64,000 nt of DNA from an uncultured Pelagibacteraceae bacterium (GCA_902594915.1 CACJOA010000003.1:4061-68060); one strand, 5' to 3'; shown: positions 40,108 through 49,892, counted from the first letter of the stretch. Notes: generated from the sequence alone by a model not told the origin. Numbers and translations are program-made.

Positions 40108-41544
40108 ATGGATAAAATTGTAATTTATGATACTGAAACAACAAACTCAACAATATGGGGATCCATAATTGAAGTTGGTGCCGTTGTAGTTGATAAAAAT
40201 TTAAATGAAATTGGAAAGTTAAATATAAGAGGACGAATGCCAGAAGGTGAGGTGCCAAGTGCAAAGGCCTTGCTTGTTAATTCAACTAGTATTGATCTAT
40301 TAACTAAAGGCAATTATTCACATTATGACTTCTTAGGTGCTGTTGAAAATTTTTTTTCTAAATGCGCCCCAGCAATGTTTATGGGCTGGTCAAATCTAAA
40401 TTTTGATCGGAGAATGTTCCACTTTAATTTTTTTAAGGGCAATCGTTATCCTTACGCCACTCACTCATCACCCAATAGCGAACATGATGGTTTACACATA
40501 GCCAGGGCGGCTCAAACCTTAAATTCCGAAACTTTAAAAACAGAATTAACAGAAGCAGGTAACCCAAGTCTAGCATTAGAATCTTTATCAAGAATGCAAG
40601 GTTTCGACACTTCTGCTAGTCACACTGCCTACGTAGATGCCCAAAATTCATTGAAGGTCCTTCGAATTATCAAAGACAAACATAAAGAAAATTGGGAAAC
40701 GTTTTTAAAAACATCAACAAAAACAAGCGTAGAAATGTTCTTAAAAAATGAAGGTATATATTCTATTTTTGAAAATGTTAAGGGTAGAAATATGATGTAT
40801 CTTACTAGCACACTACATCCTAATCACTGTTTTCATCCATCATATACATCGTGGGGATACGTTTGGGATTTAAGAAGAGATCCAGAACCATTGTTAAACT
40901 TACCAGTAAATCAATTACGAGACATATTGAAAAAATATAGCCCTAAGGCTCTAAGAGTTTTAAAGACTAACAAAGCTCCAGTTATATTAGATAAACAATT
41001 TGGTCTTAAACAAAAACCATATTCGGATTTAGATTTAGCAACAATTCAAAAACGAGCTAAACTTGTTAGAGAAAGTGAAAATTTTTGTAAAAATATACAG
41101 TTTATTAATAGAGAGGCCGCGGAGGAAAAGGAACAAACAAAAACTCAAGAAGATTTATTACCAGAGGAAACTCTTTATGAGAAATTTATTCCCAATAAAG
41201 ATACTGCATTATTTAAAACATGGCATAGTTCATCTTGGGAAGATAAATTAAGATTATTAGATAAGTTTCAAGATAAAAGATGTAGTTGGTTTGGCCAAAA
41301 AATTATTTACCAAGAAGCACCACAAATTTTACCACCAGATCTTTACAAAAACATCAAGAGTGAAATAGCTAGAAGAATTTTGAGTAAAAATAAGGAAAAG
41401 TGGCAAACCGTCAATATGGCTTACACTGAAATTGATTATTTAAGAGATCAAGCTTCAAATAGAGATGATGATGAGGAGCTAAAAAAACTTGATGAAATCA
41501 ATCAATTTATAATGTCAATTGAAAAAAAATATGAAATAGCCTAG
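40108..41544 (+). CDS. sbcB: Exodeoxyribonuclease I (DEDDh)
   Basis: YDTETT, NFD, HTAYVD, KTNKAP, EETLYEKF; 478 aa, ExoI-like length. Confidence 0.82.
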   Translation: MDKIVIYDTETTNSTIWGSIIEVGAVVVDKNLNEIGKLNIRGRMPEGEVPSAKALLVNSTSIDLLTKGNYSHYDFLGAVENFFSKCAPAMFMGWSNLNFDRRMFHFNFFKGNRYPYATHSSPNSEHDGLHIARAAQTLNSETLKTELTEAGNPSLALESLSRMQGFDTSASHTAYVDAQNSLKVLRIIKDKHKENWETFLKTSTKTSVEMFLKNEGIYSIFENVKGRNMMYLTSTLHPNHCFHPSYTSWGYVWDLRRDPEPLLNLPVNQLRDILKKYSPKALRVLKTNKAPVILDKQFGLKQKPYSDLDLATIQKRAKLVRESENFCKNIQFINREAAEEKEQTKTQEDLLPEETLYEKFIPNKDTALFKTWHSSSWEDKLRLLDKFQDKRCSWFGQKIIYQEAPQILPPDLYKNIKSEIARRILSKNKEKWQTVNMAYTEIDYLRDQASNRDDDEELKKLDEINQFIMSIEKKYEIA

Positions 41545-41578
41545 TTGACATTAATGATAATAATTATAGACAGATAAT

Positions 41579-41896
41579 ATGCTAATAGATTTTAAAGATG
41601 AAGATTTTGATAACAAAATCAAAAATGAGGATATTTCAGTAATTCAATTTAGTGCTTCATGGTGTGGTCCTTGTAAGACTTTAAAACCAATAATGGATAA
41701 ACTAGCTGGCGAATATAAAGATAAAGCAGGATTTTATTACGCAGATATTGAAGATGGGGGAATAAATACAGGTAGTGCAGCGGGAATTAGAGGTGTACCA
41801 ACAGTAATCATTTATAAAAAAGGTGTCGAGGTCGATAGAAAAGTTGGTGGAGTTCCCGAAAGTCACATGAAAGATTTTTTGGAAAAAAATATTTAA
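41579..41896 (+). CDS. trxA: Thioredoxin
   Basis: WCGPC, IRGVPT. Confidence 0.96.
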   Translation: MLIDFKDEDFDNKIKNEDISVIQFSASWCGPCKTLKPIMDKLAGEYKDKAGFYYADIEDGGINTGSAAGIRGVPTVIIYKKGVEVDRKVGGVPESHMKDFLEKNI

Positions 41897-43158
41897 TTTA
41901 AATCTAAAACTTCAGAACATAAGTAAAGAGATCCAGTTACCAACAACAAATCACCTTTACTTAAATTCACTGATTTAATAGCTTGAGTTAAACTTTCTTT
42001 ATACACAACGTTAGAAAAATGGTTAAATTTTTTTTTTAAGTCTTTTCCACTGATTGAGTTAGGCTGACTTTTGATATCAACTGTCGTAATGGATGAAATA
42101 TCTTTAAAATAACTGATGTACTTTTCGTGATCCTTATTTTTCATCATTCCAATTATAATATGCTTTTTACAATCTAGACTTTTTAAGTAATCATTTAAAA
42201 CTCTAGCGCCATCTTCATTATGGTCTCCAGAAACTATAAATAAATTGTTTTTAACTAAATTTTTTAATTTTCCTGACTTAATTTCTTGAAGCCTAGCAAT
42301 ATTATTAATTTTTTGAATTCCATTTATTATATGTTGATTTTTAATACCTAGATCTAACATTCTAAGACTTGCAATTGCAGTAGATATATTCTCTAGCTGG
42401 TATTGACCAAGAACATTTGGTTGAGGTAGTTTTAGTCCTCCGAATTTATCCTCATAGTAAAAAAATTTATTTTCTTTTTCAAGAAATGAAAAATCTTCGT
42501 TAAAAAAAATCTTTTTTGATTGATTTTTAGCTATAGTTTTTTTAATACATTTAAGTGTTATATTGTTACTTTGTTTTGCAACAACAATTTTCGAATTCAA
42601 AAGAGCAGAAGTTTTTTCGAATACAATTTTTTCAATTGTTCTTTCATTTTTAGGAAGCCAATCTAAATGGTCTTTACTAATTGATGTTATAATAGTGGCT
42701 AAATTTTTCTTAAAAATATTAGTTGCATCAAACCTAAAAAATAATCCAGCTTCAATAAGATTAATATTATTTGGATATTGTCCAGCCTTATATAGATAAC
42801 AAGCGGTCAGCATTTCAAAGAATGTTATGGGTTGATTATTATTAATTTTTTCGACTTTTTCAAAAATGGTGACTAGATCATTATCATTTAACTCTTGGTT
42901 GTTAAAAATGAATCTTTCATTGATTTTTTGTATATGTGGACTTGTAAAAACATTACATTTTATATTAGCTTCTTTTAATATCGAGTAACATGCCTGTATA
43001 GTTGAATTCTTACCATTAGTACCAATTACATTTATTACTTTAATTTTATCTTGAGGATTACCAAGTTTTTTGCAAAGATTTTTGATACGATCTAAACTTA
43101 GATCAATCTCTTTTTTATGCAATGTTAGAAAGCGACTGAGTATTTTCTTTAGTTTCAT
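41893..43158 (-). CDS. folC: Folylpolyglutamate/dihydrofolate synthase
   Basis: GTNGK.ST, TSPH, FFE.LT, EAGL..RFDATN, GSLYL. Confidence 0.95.
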   Translation of the reverse strand: MKLKKILSRFLTLHKKEIDLSLDRIKNLCKKLGNPQDKIKVINVIGTNGKNSTIQACYSILKEANIKCNVFTSPHIQKINERFIFNNQELNDNDLVTIFEKVEKINNNQPITFFEMLTACYLYKAGQYPNNINLIEAGLFFRFDATNIFKKNLATIITSISKDHLDWLPKNERTIEKIVFEKTSALLNSKIVVAKQSNNITLKCIKKTIAKNQSKKIFFNEDFSFLEKENKFFYYEDKFGGLKLPQPNVLGQYQLENISTAIASLRMLDLGIKNQHIINGIQKINNIARLQEIKSGKLKNLVKNNLFIVSGDHNEDGARVLNDYLKSLDCKKHIIIGMMKNKDHEKYISYFKDISSITTVDIKSQPNSISGKDLKKKFNHFSNVVYKESLTQAIKSVNLSKGDLLLVTGSLYLCSEVLDLN

Positions 43159-44041
43159 TTTCTTCAGTGCTTACGACAGAATTTTTCTTTAGCAATATTG
43201 ATAACAAAGTTCCAATTTTGGCTGAAAGATCTTTTCTTTCAACAATCAAATCAATAAAACCAGTTTTTTTTACGTATTCACTCTTTTGAAAACCTTCGGG
43301 TAATTCTTCTTTGACTGTACCTTGTATAACTCTAGCACCAGCAAAAGCAATCAAAGCACCAGGTTCAGCTATTTGAATATCTCCTAGCATTGCGTAAGAG
43401 GCAGTTATACCTCCAGCAGTTGGATCAGTAATGCAAACTATGTATGGTAGATTATTTTTTTTTAATTCATTTATTGCAAGAGTAGTTCTTGCCATTTGTG
43501 ATAAAGAAATTAAACTTTCCATCATTCTCATTCCTCCACCAGCGCTTATACATAAAAACGGGGTATTATTTTCTATAGCATGTTGAATTCCATACAAAAA
43601 TGCTTCTCCTTCCGCAGCTGCCATTGAGGCACCTAAAAAATCAAAATCAGATGCTACGGCTGTGATTTTGATATTTTGAATTGATCCACAAACAACCATC
43701 ATTCCACATTCCATTCCAGTTTTTTTTCTAGCGCTGGACAATCTACTTTTATAAGATTTTGAATCTGTCCAATTCAATGGATCATCCTTTGGAATAGGTG
43801 TTTTAAATATTTCATAATTATTTTTTCCAAATAAAATATCAAATCTTTGTTTTGGTTTTATTCTGTGATGTTTATTACAGTCTGGACAGCAAAATAAATT
43901 ATCTTCAAGATCTTTTTTTAATATAGGACCTTTGCAACACGAGGTCCAGTCGCTATTAGCAATATCCTCTTTTGATGCTCTTTTATGAATAGCAGTTTTA
44001 ATTTTTTCGCCAGCCTTGATTATTTTTGTTATCCAATTCAT
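43115..44041 (-). CDS. accD: Acetyl-CoA carboxylase carboxyltransferase beta subunit
   Basis: Cys cluster, GGMRMME...SLSQM, DPT.GGITASYAMLGD, FAGARVI. Confidence 0.97.
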   Translation of the reverse strand: MNWITKIIKAGEKIKTAIHKRASKEDIANSDWTSCCKGPILKKDLEDNLFCCPDCNKHHRIKPKQRFDILFGKNNYEIFKTPIPKDDPLNWTDSKSYKSRLSSARKKTGMECGMMVVCGSIQNIKITAVASDFDFLGASMAAAEGEAFLYGIQHAIENNTPFLCISAGGGMRMMESLISLSQMARTTLAINELKKNNLPYIVCITDPTAGGITASYAMLGDIQIAEPGALIAFAGARVIQGTVKEELPEGFQKSEYVKKTGFIDLIVERKDLSAKIGTLLSILLKKNSVVSTEENETKENTQSLSNIA

Positions 44042-44841
44042 ATAATTTTATTTTTTAATTTTTTTACTACATTAGTCGCATTTGTGACAGCATTTTGTCC
44101 TTTTTTAATAGACCTAGTAATTTCATTACAAATTGCGCTTCCCACAACTAATCCATCAGCTTTTTTGAGCGAGTTTATTGATTTTTCTGTAATACCGAAA
44201 CCTATTACAACTTTTTTGTGTTTATTATGACTCTTAATTTTTGTGTATTCTCTGAGTATTTTTTTAGGAGATACCTTCAGTTTTCCCCCAGTGGTAGATA
44301 ACATACTTATGTAATATATCATATCATGTGATTCTTTAATAATTTTGTTCAATCTTATTTTAGAAGTTGTTGGTGAAATTAGTTGAATAAAGTTTATTTT
44401 ATTTTTTTTACATTTATATGCAAACTTTTTATTTTCTGGGTAAGGTAGGTCTACAACTATAAGACCATCTACTTTACTCGTTTTGCATATTTTAATAAAT
44501 TTATCCTCTCCGTATTGGTAAATCATATTAAAGTAACCCATTAAAATTATTGGTTTGTTTTTTTTAATTTTTTTAAAATTTTTAACTATTGAAAAAACAT
44601 CCTTCATTTTGATACCATTCTTAATAGCACGGTAAGAGCTAGTTTGAATTTGACCACCATCAGCGATAGGCGTATTATGAGGGAATCCTAGCTCACAAAT
44701 ATCTGAATAATTTGATATTGATTTCAAAATTTCTAAAGATTTTTTCTTTGTATAATCTCCTGCTACGGTATAGGTCAGTAAGGCTGGTCTTCCTTCATCT
44801 TGTGCTCTTCTAAATGCTTTTATAATTAATGAGTTGTGCAT
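44038..44841 (-). CDS. trpA: Tryptophan synthase alpha chain (divergent)
   Basis: ELGFP...PIADG..IQ, LMGYFN, VDLP, GFGI, VVGSA. Confidence 0.92.
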   Translation of the reverse strand: MHNSLIIKAFRRAQDEGRPALLTYTVAGDYTKKKSLEILKSISNYSDICELGFPHNTPIADGGQIQTSSYRAIKNGIKMKDVFSIVKNFKKIKKNKPIILMGYFNMIYQYGEDKFIKICKTSKVDGLIVVDLPYPENKKFAYKCKKNKINFIQLISPTTSKIRLNKIIKESHDMIYYISMLSTTGGKLKVSPKKILREYTKIKSHNKHKKVVIGFGITEKSINSLKKADGLVVGSAICNEITRSIKKGQNAVTNATNVVKKLKNKII

Positions 44842-46070
44842 TAATATTTTCCTAATCTTTTTCTCAAAATATCTTGATCTTTTTTAGCATCACCGCATGA
44901 ATTGACTATAATGATTGTATTTTTTTCCAATTTTGGAGCAATTTTTATTGCTTCAGCAAAAGCGTGACTTGGTTCCAAGCTTGGATTAAGTTTTTCTAAT
45001 TTGGTTACAAGTTTGTAGGCATTCAATGCTTCCTCATCCGTAGCATAAGTATATCTTGCCCGCTTGGTATCTTTTAGAAAACAATGAATTGGACTTACAC
45101 CCGGATAATCCAAACCTGCACTTATGGATTCTGTTTCCGCTATTTGACCCTCGACATTTTGACAGACATATGAAGCAGCTCCATGTAGTATACCAATTTT
45201 AGCATCTTTACTTAAGGGTGCGGCATGAAGTTTTGATCCTTTAGGACCACCGGCTTCAACACCAATTAGTTCTACGCGATTTTTGTCATAATCAATAAAA
45301 TTGCTCCAAAAACCATAGGCAGAACTTCCTCCACCTACACAATTAATTAATTTAATTTTTCTAGGAATTTTTTTGAATTCTTTTTTAATCTGAAATTTTA
45401 ATTCTTTAGAAATTTGTGAAGTACTCCATCCACAAATTTTGACAAATATATTTGGCCCCACCGTCGAACCAACACACATATGTGTGTTATCGCAATTTGA
45501 TACCCAATACCTCATGCATTCGCTAACAGCATCAACCAAAGTTTGGCTACCTGAATAAACTGGCACTATTTCTGCACCGTTTTTCCTTATTGCCTCACAA
45601 TTAGGTCTCTGTCTTTTAATATCTTTTGCTCCCATAAAAATTTTGCACTTAAGTCCAAATTTTTTAGCTGCCATACTTAACATTTTACCTGCATAACCTG
45701 CGCCAGTATCACCAACAATATATTTTTTACCCATAGCTTTGCAAATCAAAGCATGTACAGTCGCATTATATATCTTATGAGCACCTCCATTTGCCTCTGA
45801 TACCATCTTTGCCCATATTTGAGCCCCACCTAAATAATTAGTTAAATTTTCTAGTTTTATAAATGAAGTTGGTGATCCAATATAATTTTTAAAATAAAAA
45901 TCTTTTTTTTCTAAAAATTTTTTATTTTTTCTCAACTTTTTGAATTCTGTGGTTAAATCTTCAATTGGTTTTTTTAGAGTTTCAGGTATAAAACTCCCTC
46001 CAAACTTACTCCCCCAAAATCCATACTTATCGTGCTGGTCAATTAATGGAATTTTTTTTCTAATTTTCAT
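44841..46070 (-). CDS. trpB: Tryptophan synthase beta chain (divergent active site)
   Basis: GAHK, TGAG, CVGGGS, SISAGLDYPGV, LE.SHA; adjacent to trpA. Confidence 0.88.
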   Translation of the reverse strand: MKIRKKIPLIDQHDKYGFWGSKFGGSFIPETLKKPIEDLTTEFKKLRKNKKFLEKKDFYFKNYIGSPTSFIKLENLTNYLGGAQIWAKMVSEANGGAHKIYNATVHALICKAMGKKYIVGDTGAGYAGKMLSMAAKKFGLKCKIFMGAKDIKRQRPNCEAIRKNGAEIVPVYSGSQTLVDAVSECMRYWVSNCDNTHMCVGSTVGPNIFVKICGWSTSQISKELKFQIKKEFKKIPRKIKLINCVGGGSSAYGFWSNFIDYDKNRVELIGVEAGGPKGSKLHAAPLSKDAKIGILHGAASYVCQNVEGQIAETESISAGLDYPGVSPIHCFLKDTKRARYTYATDEEALNAYKLVTKLEKLNPSLEPSHAFAEAIKIAPKLEKNTIIIVNSCGDAKKDQDILRKRLGKY

Positions 46071-46960
46071 TTTTCAATCCAATTATGATAAAGCTCTAAA
46101 TTATTTTTAACAAAGCTGGGTAAGAAATTTGTATCAAGCTTAACAAGTTTGTTGCCTTTATTAAATTTGTTCGATTTAGAGTCAACTTTTAAATTATATA
46201 CTGTTGTTTTCTTTTTTATTAGTTCAGAAATTTTTTCTGCTCCAAGAGGTGCCAGGTCATATTCAGTATGATGCAAATAAGATTTTAGTTTTTTTTCAAT
46301 ATCCTCGGGTTTTTTGATATATGAAAAATGCCAACCCCCATTATTAATAATATTTATTTTTGAGTATTTTGTTTTTGAAAACAAAGTATCAATTCTCCAC
46401 CAAGGATAAATTCTATCTTTAATATTTCTTAACCATTGTGGTGAGTAAAGATTTTTTTTCTTACAAGCTTTAGATCCTATCCAAGGAAAATTTTCCAAAA
46501 GTAAATTCAACTTATAATAAATCATCAACTGTTTAAAAAAAACAATTTTATCATTTTTCTCTCTTAAATTACAATTTTCTAAATTAGGTATCTCATCTAA
46601 ATCAGATATTATAATCCAATCATTTTTATCTGCATTCAATAAACCGTTTATAATAAAATTTCTTTGATAATTTTCCCTTAAAAGTGCATTCATTATATTT
46701 TTGCCAATTATCTTTTTTGAATTGTCATCTTTTTTAATATCAAAAAGATTATTTGGTTCATGATCTAATAAAAGATAGTTAATCTTACTTTCGAATTTTC
46801 TAAATTTCTTTATATCAAACAAAGGTGTTCTTTTTTCCCCTTTATGATTGAAAGTTGATTCAACTATTACGAATTTATCGACAAATCTATCTAGATAATT
46901 CAATCTGAGATCTAGTATCATGTCTTCATCAAAATACATAAAACAATCAAATATTTTCAT
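46067..46960 (-). CDS. Glycosyltransferase family 17-like (MGAT3/GnT-III-like)
   Basis: DCFMYFDE...L.LR, FVIVES, E..QRN, SDLDEIP, GGWHFSY. Confidence 0.8.
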   Translation of the reverse strand: MKIFDCFMYFDEDMILDLRLNYLDRFVDKFVIVESTFNHKGEKRTPLFDIKKFRKFESKINYLLLDHEPNNLFDIKKDDNSKKIIGKNIMNALLRENYQRNFIINGLLNADKNDWIIISDLDEIPNLENCNLREKNDKIVFFKQLMIYYKLNLLLENFPWIGSKACKKKNLYSPQWLRNIKDRIYPWWRIDTLFSKTKYSKINIINNGGWHFSYIKKPEDIEKKLKSYLHHTEYDLAPLGAEKISELIKKKTTVYNLKVDSKSNKFNKGNKLVKLDTNFLPSFVKNNLELYHNWIEK

Positions 46961-46993
46961 TAATACTTTTTAATCTTTTTTAATTTTTTTTAT

Positions 46994-47530
46994 ATGATAA
47001 AAAAATTTATGGCAGATAAATTAATTATAAGTTTTGAAGAATATACTAAAATTGTTGAAAAATTGGCTATTCAGATACATAAAAATTACAATCCAACTGT
47101 TTTAGTTGGAATTATGAGGGGAGCAGCTCCGATTATAGATATTTTATCAAGAATTTTTAAGCTTCCAATTGCATATATTGTAATACAAAGTTACTCTGGC
47201 AGAGGATTAGAAGACAAGCAGGGAGAATTAATGTTTGCAAGAGAAATAAGTTCATTAGCCGTTGAAAAAGATTTTAAAAAAGTTCTTTTAATCGATGATT
47301 TATCAGACACAGGACTAACATTAAATAAAAGCATTGAGTGGTTAAAGAATTATGGGCCAACAAAAAAAAATATTGATGAGGTCAAAACCGCTTGCCTTTG
47401 GAAAAAAAAATCGTCAACTTTTGAACCAGATTTTTGTTCAGTTAGATTAGACTATGATCCATGGATTGTACAACCCACAGAACATTATGAGGAATTATCG
47501 ATTGATCAAATTTTGAAAAGAAACCTATAG
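46994..47530 (+). CDS. Type I phosphoribosyltransferase (xanthine/guanine PRT-like)
   Basis: GIMRG, VLLIDDLSDTGLTL, WIVQP; convergent with a purine permease. Confidence 0.85.
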   Translation: MIKKFMADKLIISFEEYTKIVEKLAIQIHKNYNPTVLVGIMRGAAPIIDILSRIFKLPIAYIVIQSYSGRGLEDKQGELMFAREISSLAVEKDFKKVLLIDDLSDTGLTLNKSIEWLKNYGPTKKNIDEVKTACLWKKKSSTFEPDFCSVRLDYDPWIVQPTEHYEELSIDQILKRNL

Positions 47531-47553
47531 GGTTGGTTAATAACCAACCCTAT
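47527..47553. terminator. Hairpin between convergent genes
   Basis: ATAGGGTTGGTT-AAT-AACCAACCCTAT perfect 12-bp inverted repeat. Confidence 0.8.
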
Positions 47554-47568
47554 TAAGTACGTTTAATT

Positions 47569-48879
47569 TTATGCAACAGCAAAACTAACAACACTAAGTA
47601 TTGCAACTATCCATATAGCAGGAGATGTATTTGAGAACTTACCTGTAAATATTTTTATTAAAGCGTATGACACAAATGCAAGAGCTATCCCATTGCTTAT
47701 ACTGTATGTCAAAGGCATTGATATCATTGCAAGAATCGCAGGCGCAGACTCAGAAATATCATTCCATTCTATATCTGTTATATTTCTAATAAATAAAACT
47801 GAGACAAATAACAGAGCTGCACCATCTATTTGTTTTGGTAGACTCGTAGCAAGAGGAGCAAAAAATATACAAGCCAAGAACAATATGCCAATCACTAATG
47901 ATGTCATTCCAGTCTTTCCACCAGCTTTTACACCAGCACCAGACTCCACATAACTAGTCACTGTTGTAGTTCCCATCATTGCACCTGCAACGGTACTAAC
48001 ACTATCAGATAACATTGCTTTATTAATATCTTGAACTTTTCCGTCTTTACCAACTTTACCAGCTACATTAGCTACAGATGTTAAAGTTCCGGCAGTGTCA
48101 AAAAAATCAATAAACAATAATGTAAATATAACTGTTGACATACCAGCAGTCATAGCGGCTGATAAATCAAATTCAAAAAGGTAAGTCATTGGTGGCGGAG
48201 CGCTAGCTATTCCATTGAACTTAGCTAATCCAGTAGCCCAAGCAATAATACTAAAAACTAAAATACCAATAATTATGTTTCCTTTAACATTCATTTTTTC
48301 TAAAACTATAATTGCAATAAAAGTTGCGCATCCTAGTAAAACTAATGGGTCACTCAAATTACCTAGTTGTACTAAAGTTACAGGATTATCTACTACGACC
48401 TCCATAATCTGAAGACCTATTATTGCTAAAAATAAACCAATGCCAGCTCCTATACCTAATTTAAGACTTTTTGGAATTGAGTTAATAAGCCAAGCTCTCA
48501 CAGGTGTTAAAGATATAATTAAAAATAATACTCCTGCAACTAAAACAGCACCAAGAGCTTCTTGGGGAGAATATCCCATTCCAGCACAAACTCCGAAGGC
48601 GACAAAAGCATTAATTCCCATGCCTGGCGCGAGCCCTATTGGCCAAGTTTTACCGTAGAATGCCATGATGAAACATGCTAGCGCTGTGGCTAAAATCGTT
48701 GCCGTATAAACTGCACCGAAATCAAAAAAGCCTTTATCAGGTCCAGCAAATTCTCCCGATAATATAAATGGATTTAAAAACATTATATAAGCCATGGTTA
48801 AAAAAGTAGTGGTTCCGGCTATTACTTCAGTTTTAAAATCTGTTTTATGTTTTTTATAATTAAAATAATTTTTAAGCAT
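47569..48879 (-). CDS. NCS2/AzgA-family purine permease
   Basis: E.IAG.TTFLTMAYI..NP, APGMG.NAF, FFDTAGT, YVESGAG; AGGAGG SD. Confidence 0.95.
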   Translation of the reverse strand: MLKNYFNYKKHKTDFKTEVIAGTTTFLTMAYIMFLNPFILSGEFAGPDKGFFDFGAVYTATILATALACFIMAFYGKTWPIGLAPGMGINAFVAFGVCAGMGYSPQEALGAVLVAGVLFLIISLTPVRAWLINSIPKSLKLGIGAGIGLFLAIIGLQIMEVVVDNPVTLVQLGNLSDPLVLLGCATFIAIIVLEKMNVKGNIIIGILVFSIIAWATGLAKFNGIASAPPPMTYLFEFDLSAAMTAGMSTVIFTLLFIDFFDTAGTLTSVANVAGKVGKDGKVQDINKAMLSDSVSTVAGAMMGTTTVTSYVESGAGVKAGGKTGMTSLVIGILFLACIFFAPLATSLPKQIDGAALLFVSVLFIRNITDIEWNDISESAPAILAMISMPLTYSISNGIALAFVSYALIKIFTGKFSNTSPAIWIVAILSVVSFAVA

Positions 48880-49010
48880 TTGTCCTCCTAAATAATTAAA
48901 TGATAGATATTTGATTCTTTTTGTAATTACCCATCAAAACTACTCTTTATTCACATATTTCAACTCAGAAGTTTATATTTATGCAATAAATTCACTGTTA
49001 ATATGGATTA

Positions 49011-49316
49011 ATGATTAAATTCAAATTTATCATATTGATTTTTCTTTTGTTGCCTTTTGTTAATGGTTGTCAGACAATAAAACAAAAAACAGATGCTATA
49101 GTTGAGAAGGAAAATCAAAAGTTAAGTAAATATATTGGTAAGTCCTCAGAAGTGCTCAAAACAGAACTTGGAAAACCTGATGAGGATTATAAAAATTCAA
49201 AAGGTAATATGGAATTGATTTATAGAGCTAAAAAATATGGAATTTTATGTGAGAGGAAATTTGAGGTAAATTCTAGTTTGATAGTTATAGGTTTTATATC
49301 TAATGGCTGTTTTTAA
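49011..49316 (+). CDS. Small lipoprotein, unknown function
   Basis: Signal peptide with VNGC lipobox; LGKPD. Confidence 0.7.
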   Translation: MIKFKFIILIFLLLPFVNGCQTIKQKTDAIVEKENQKLSKYIGKSSEVLKTELGKPDEDYKNSKGNMELIYRAKKYGILCERKFEVNSSLIVIGFISNGCF

Positions 49317-49318
49317 TT

Positions 49319-49349
49319 TTACCTGCGGAGATAGACTCTCCGCAAGTAA
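49319..49349. terminator. Hairpin between convergent genes
   Basis: TTACCTGCGGAGA-N5-TCTCCGCAAGTAA. Confidence 0.75.
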
Positions 49350-49357
49350 GGTGAAAC

Positions 49358-49804
49358 TTATTTAATATGAATAAGCCTTTTCTTTTTGTGTTCAGGAACA
49401 ATTCTTTCACAAGATATTGTCAAAAGACCATCTTTAAGCTCAGCACCATTTATTTTTACATCATCAGCAATGGTGAAAGTTCTTGAAAACTGTCTTTGAG
49501 AAATTCCTTTATGAATAATTTCCCCGTCAACATTTTTAGAGTTTGATTTATCAACCTGTTTAGTTCTTACAGTCAATAAATTATCTTCAAATTCAACTTC
49601 AACATCTTTTTTATTAAAACCAGCTAAAGCTAATTCAATGGCATAATTATCTTTGCCAACTTTTCTAATGTTGTAAGGTGGATAGTTTGACTGCATTGTC
49701 AAATTACCGTTACCAAGCATATTTTCAAATTGATCGAACATATCGTCAAAACCGATTGAAAATGGTCTTAGTGAGTTGAAAATGGATAAATCCTTACTTG
49801 TCAT
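49358..49804 (-). CDS. ibpA: Small heat shock protein (IbpA/Hsp20)
   Basis: IGFD, NYPPYNI, LAGF, HKGISQRQF.R.F, GLL.I; AGGAGG SD places the start at 49804. Confidence 0.93.
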   Translation of the reverse strand: MTSKDLSIFNSLRPFSIGFDDMFDQFENMLGNGNLTMQSNYPPYNIRKVGKDNYAIELALAGFNKKDVEVEFEDNLLTVRTKQVDKSNSKNVDGEIIHKGISQRQFSRTFTIADDVKINGAELKDGLLTISCERIVPEHKKKRLIHIK

Positions 49805-49858
49805 AGTTTCCTCCTTTTTAAGCAAGTTAATTTTGTAAACCCCATTAGGCGATCTACG
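49805..49858 (-). ncRNA. ROSE-like RNA thermometer in the ibpA 5' UTR
   Basis: CTTGCTT-AAA-AAGGAG: U(U/C)GCU motif pairs with the SD leaving a bulged G; upstream hairpin GTAGATC..GGTTTAC. Confidence 0.65.
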
Positions 49859-49863
49859 TTATA

Positions 49864-49892
49864 TATATGGGAAGTAATTTTTTTTTTTCAAG
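49864..49892 (-). promoter_or_regulatory. RpoH (sigma32) promoter of ibpA
   Basis: CTTGAA-N15-CCCATATA on the minus strand. Confidence 0.8.
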
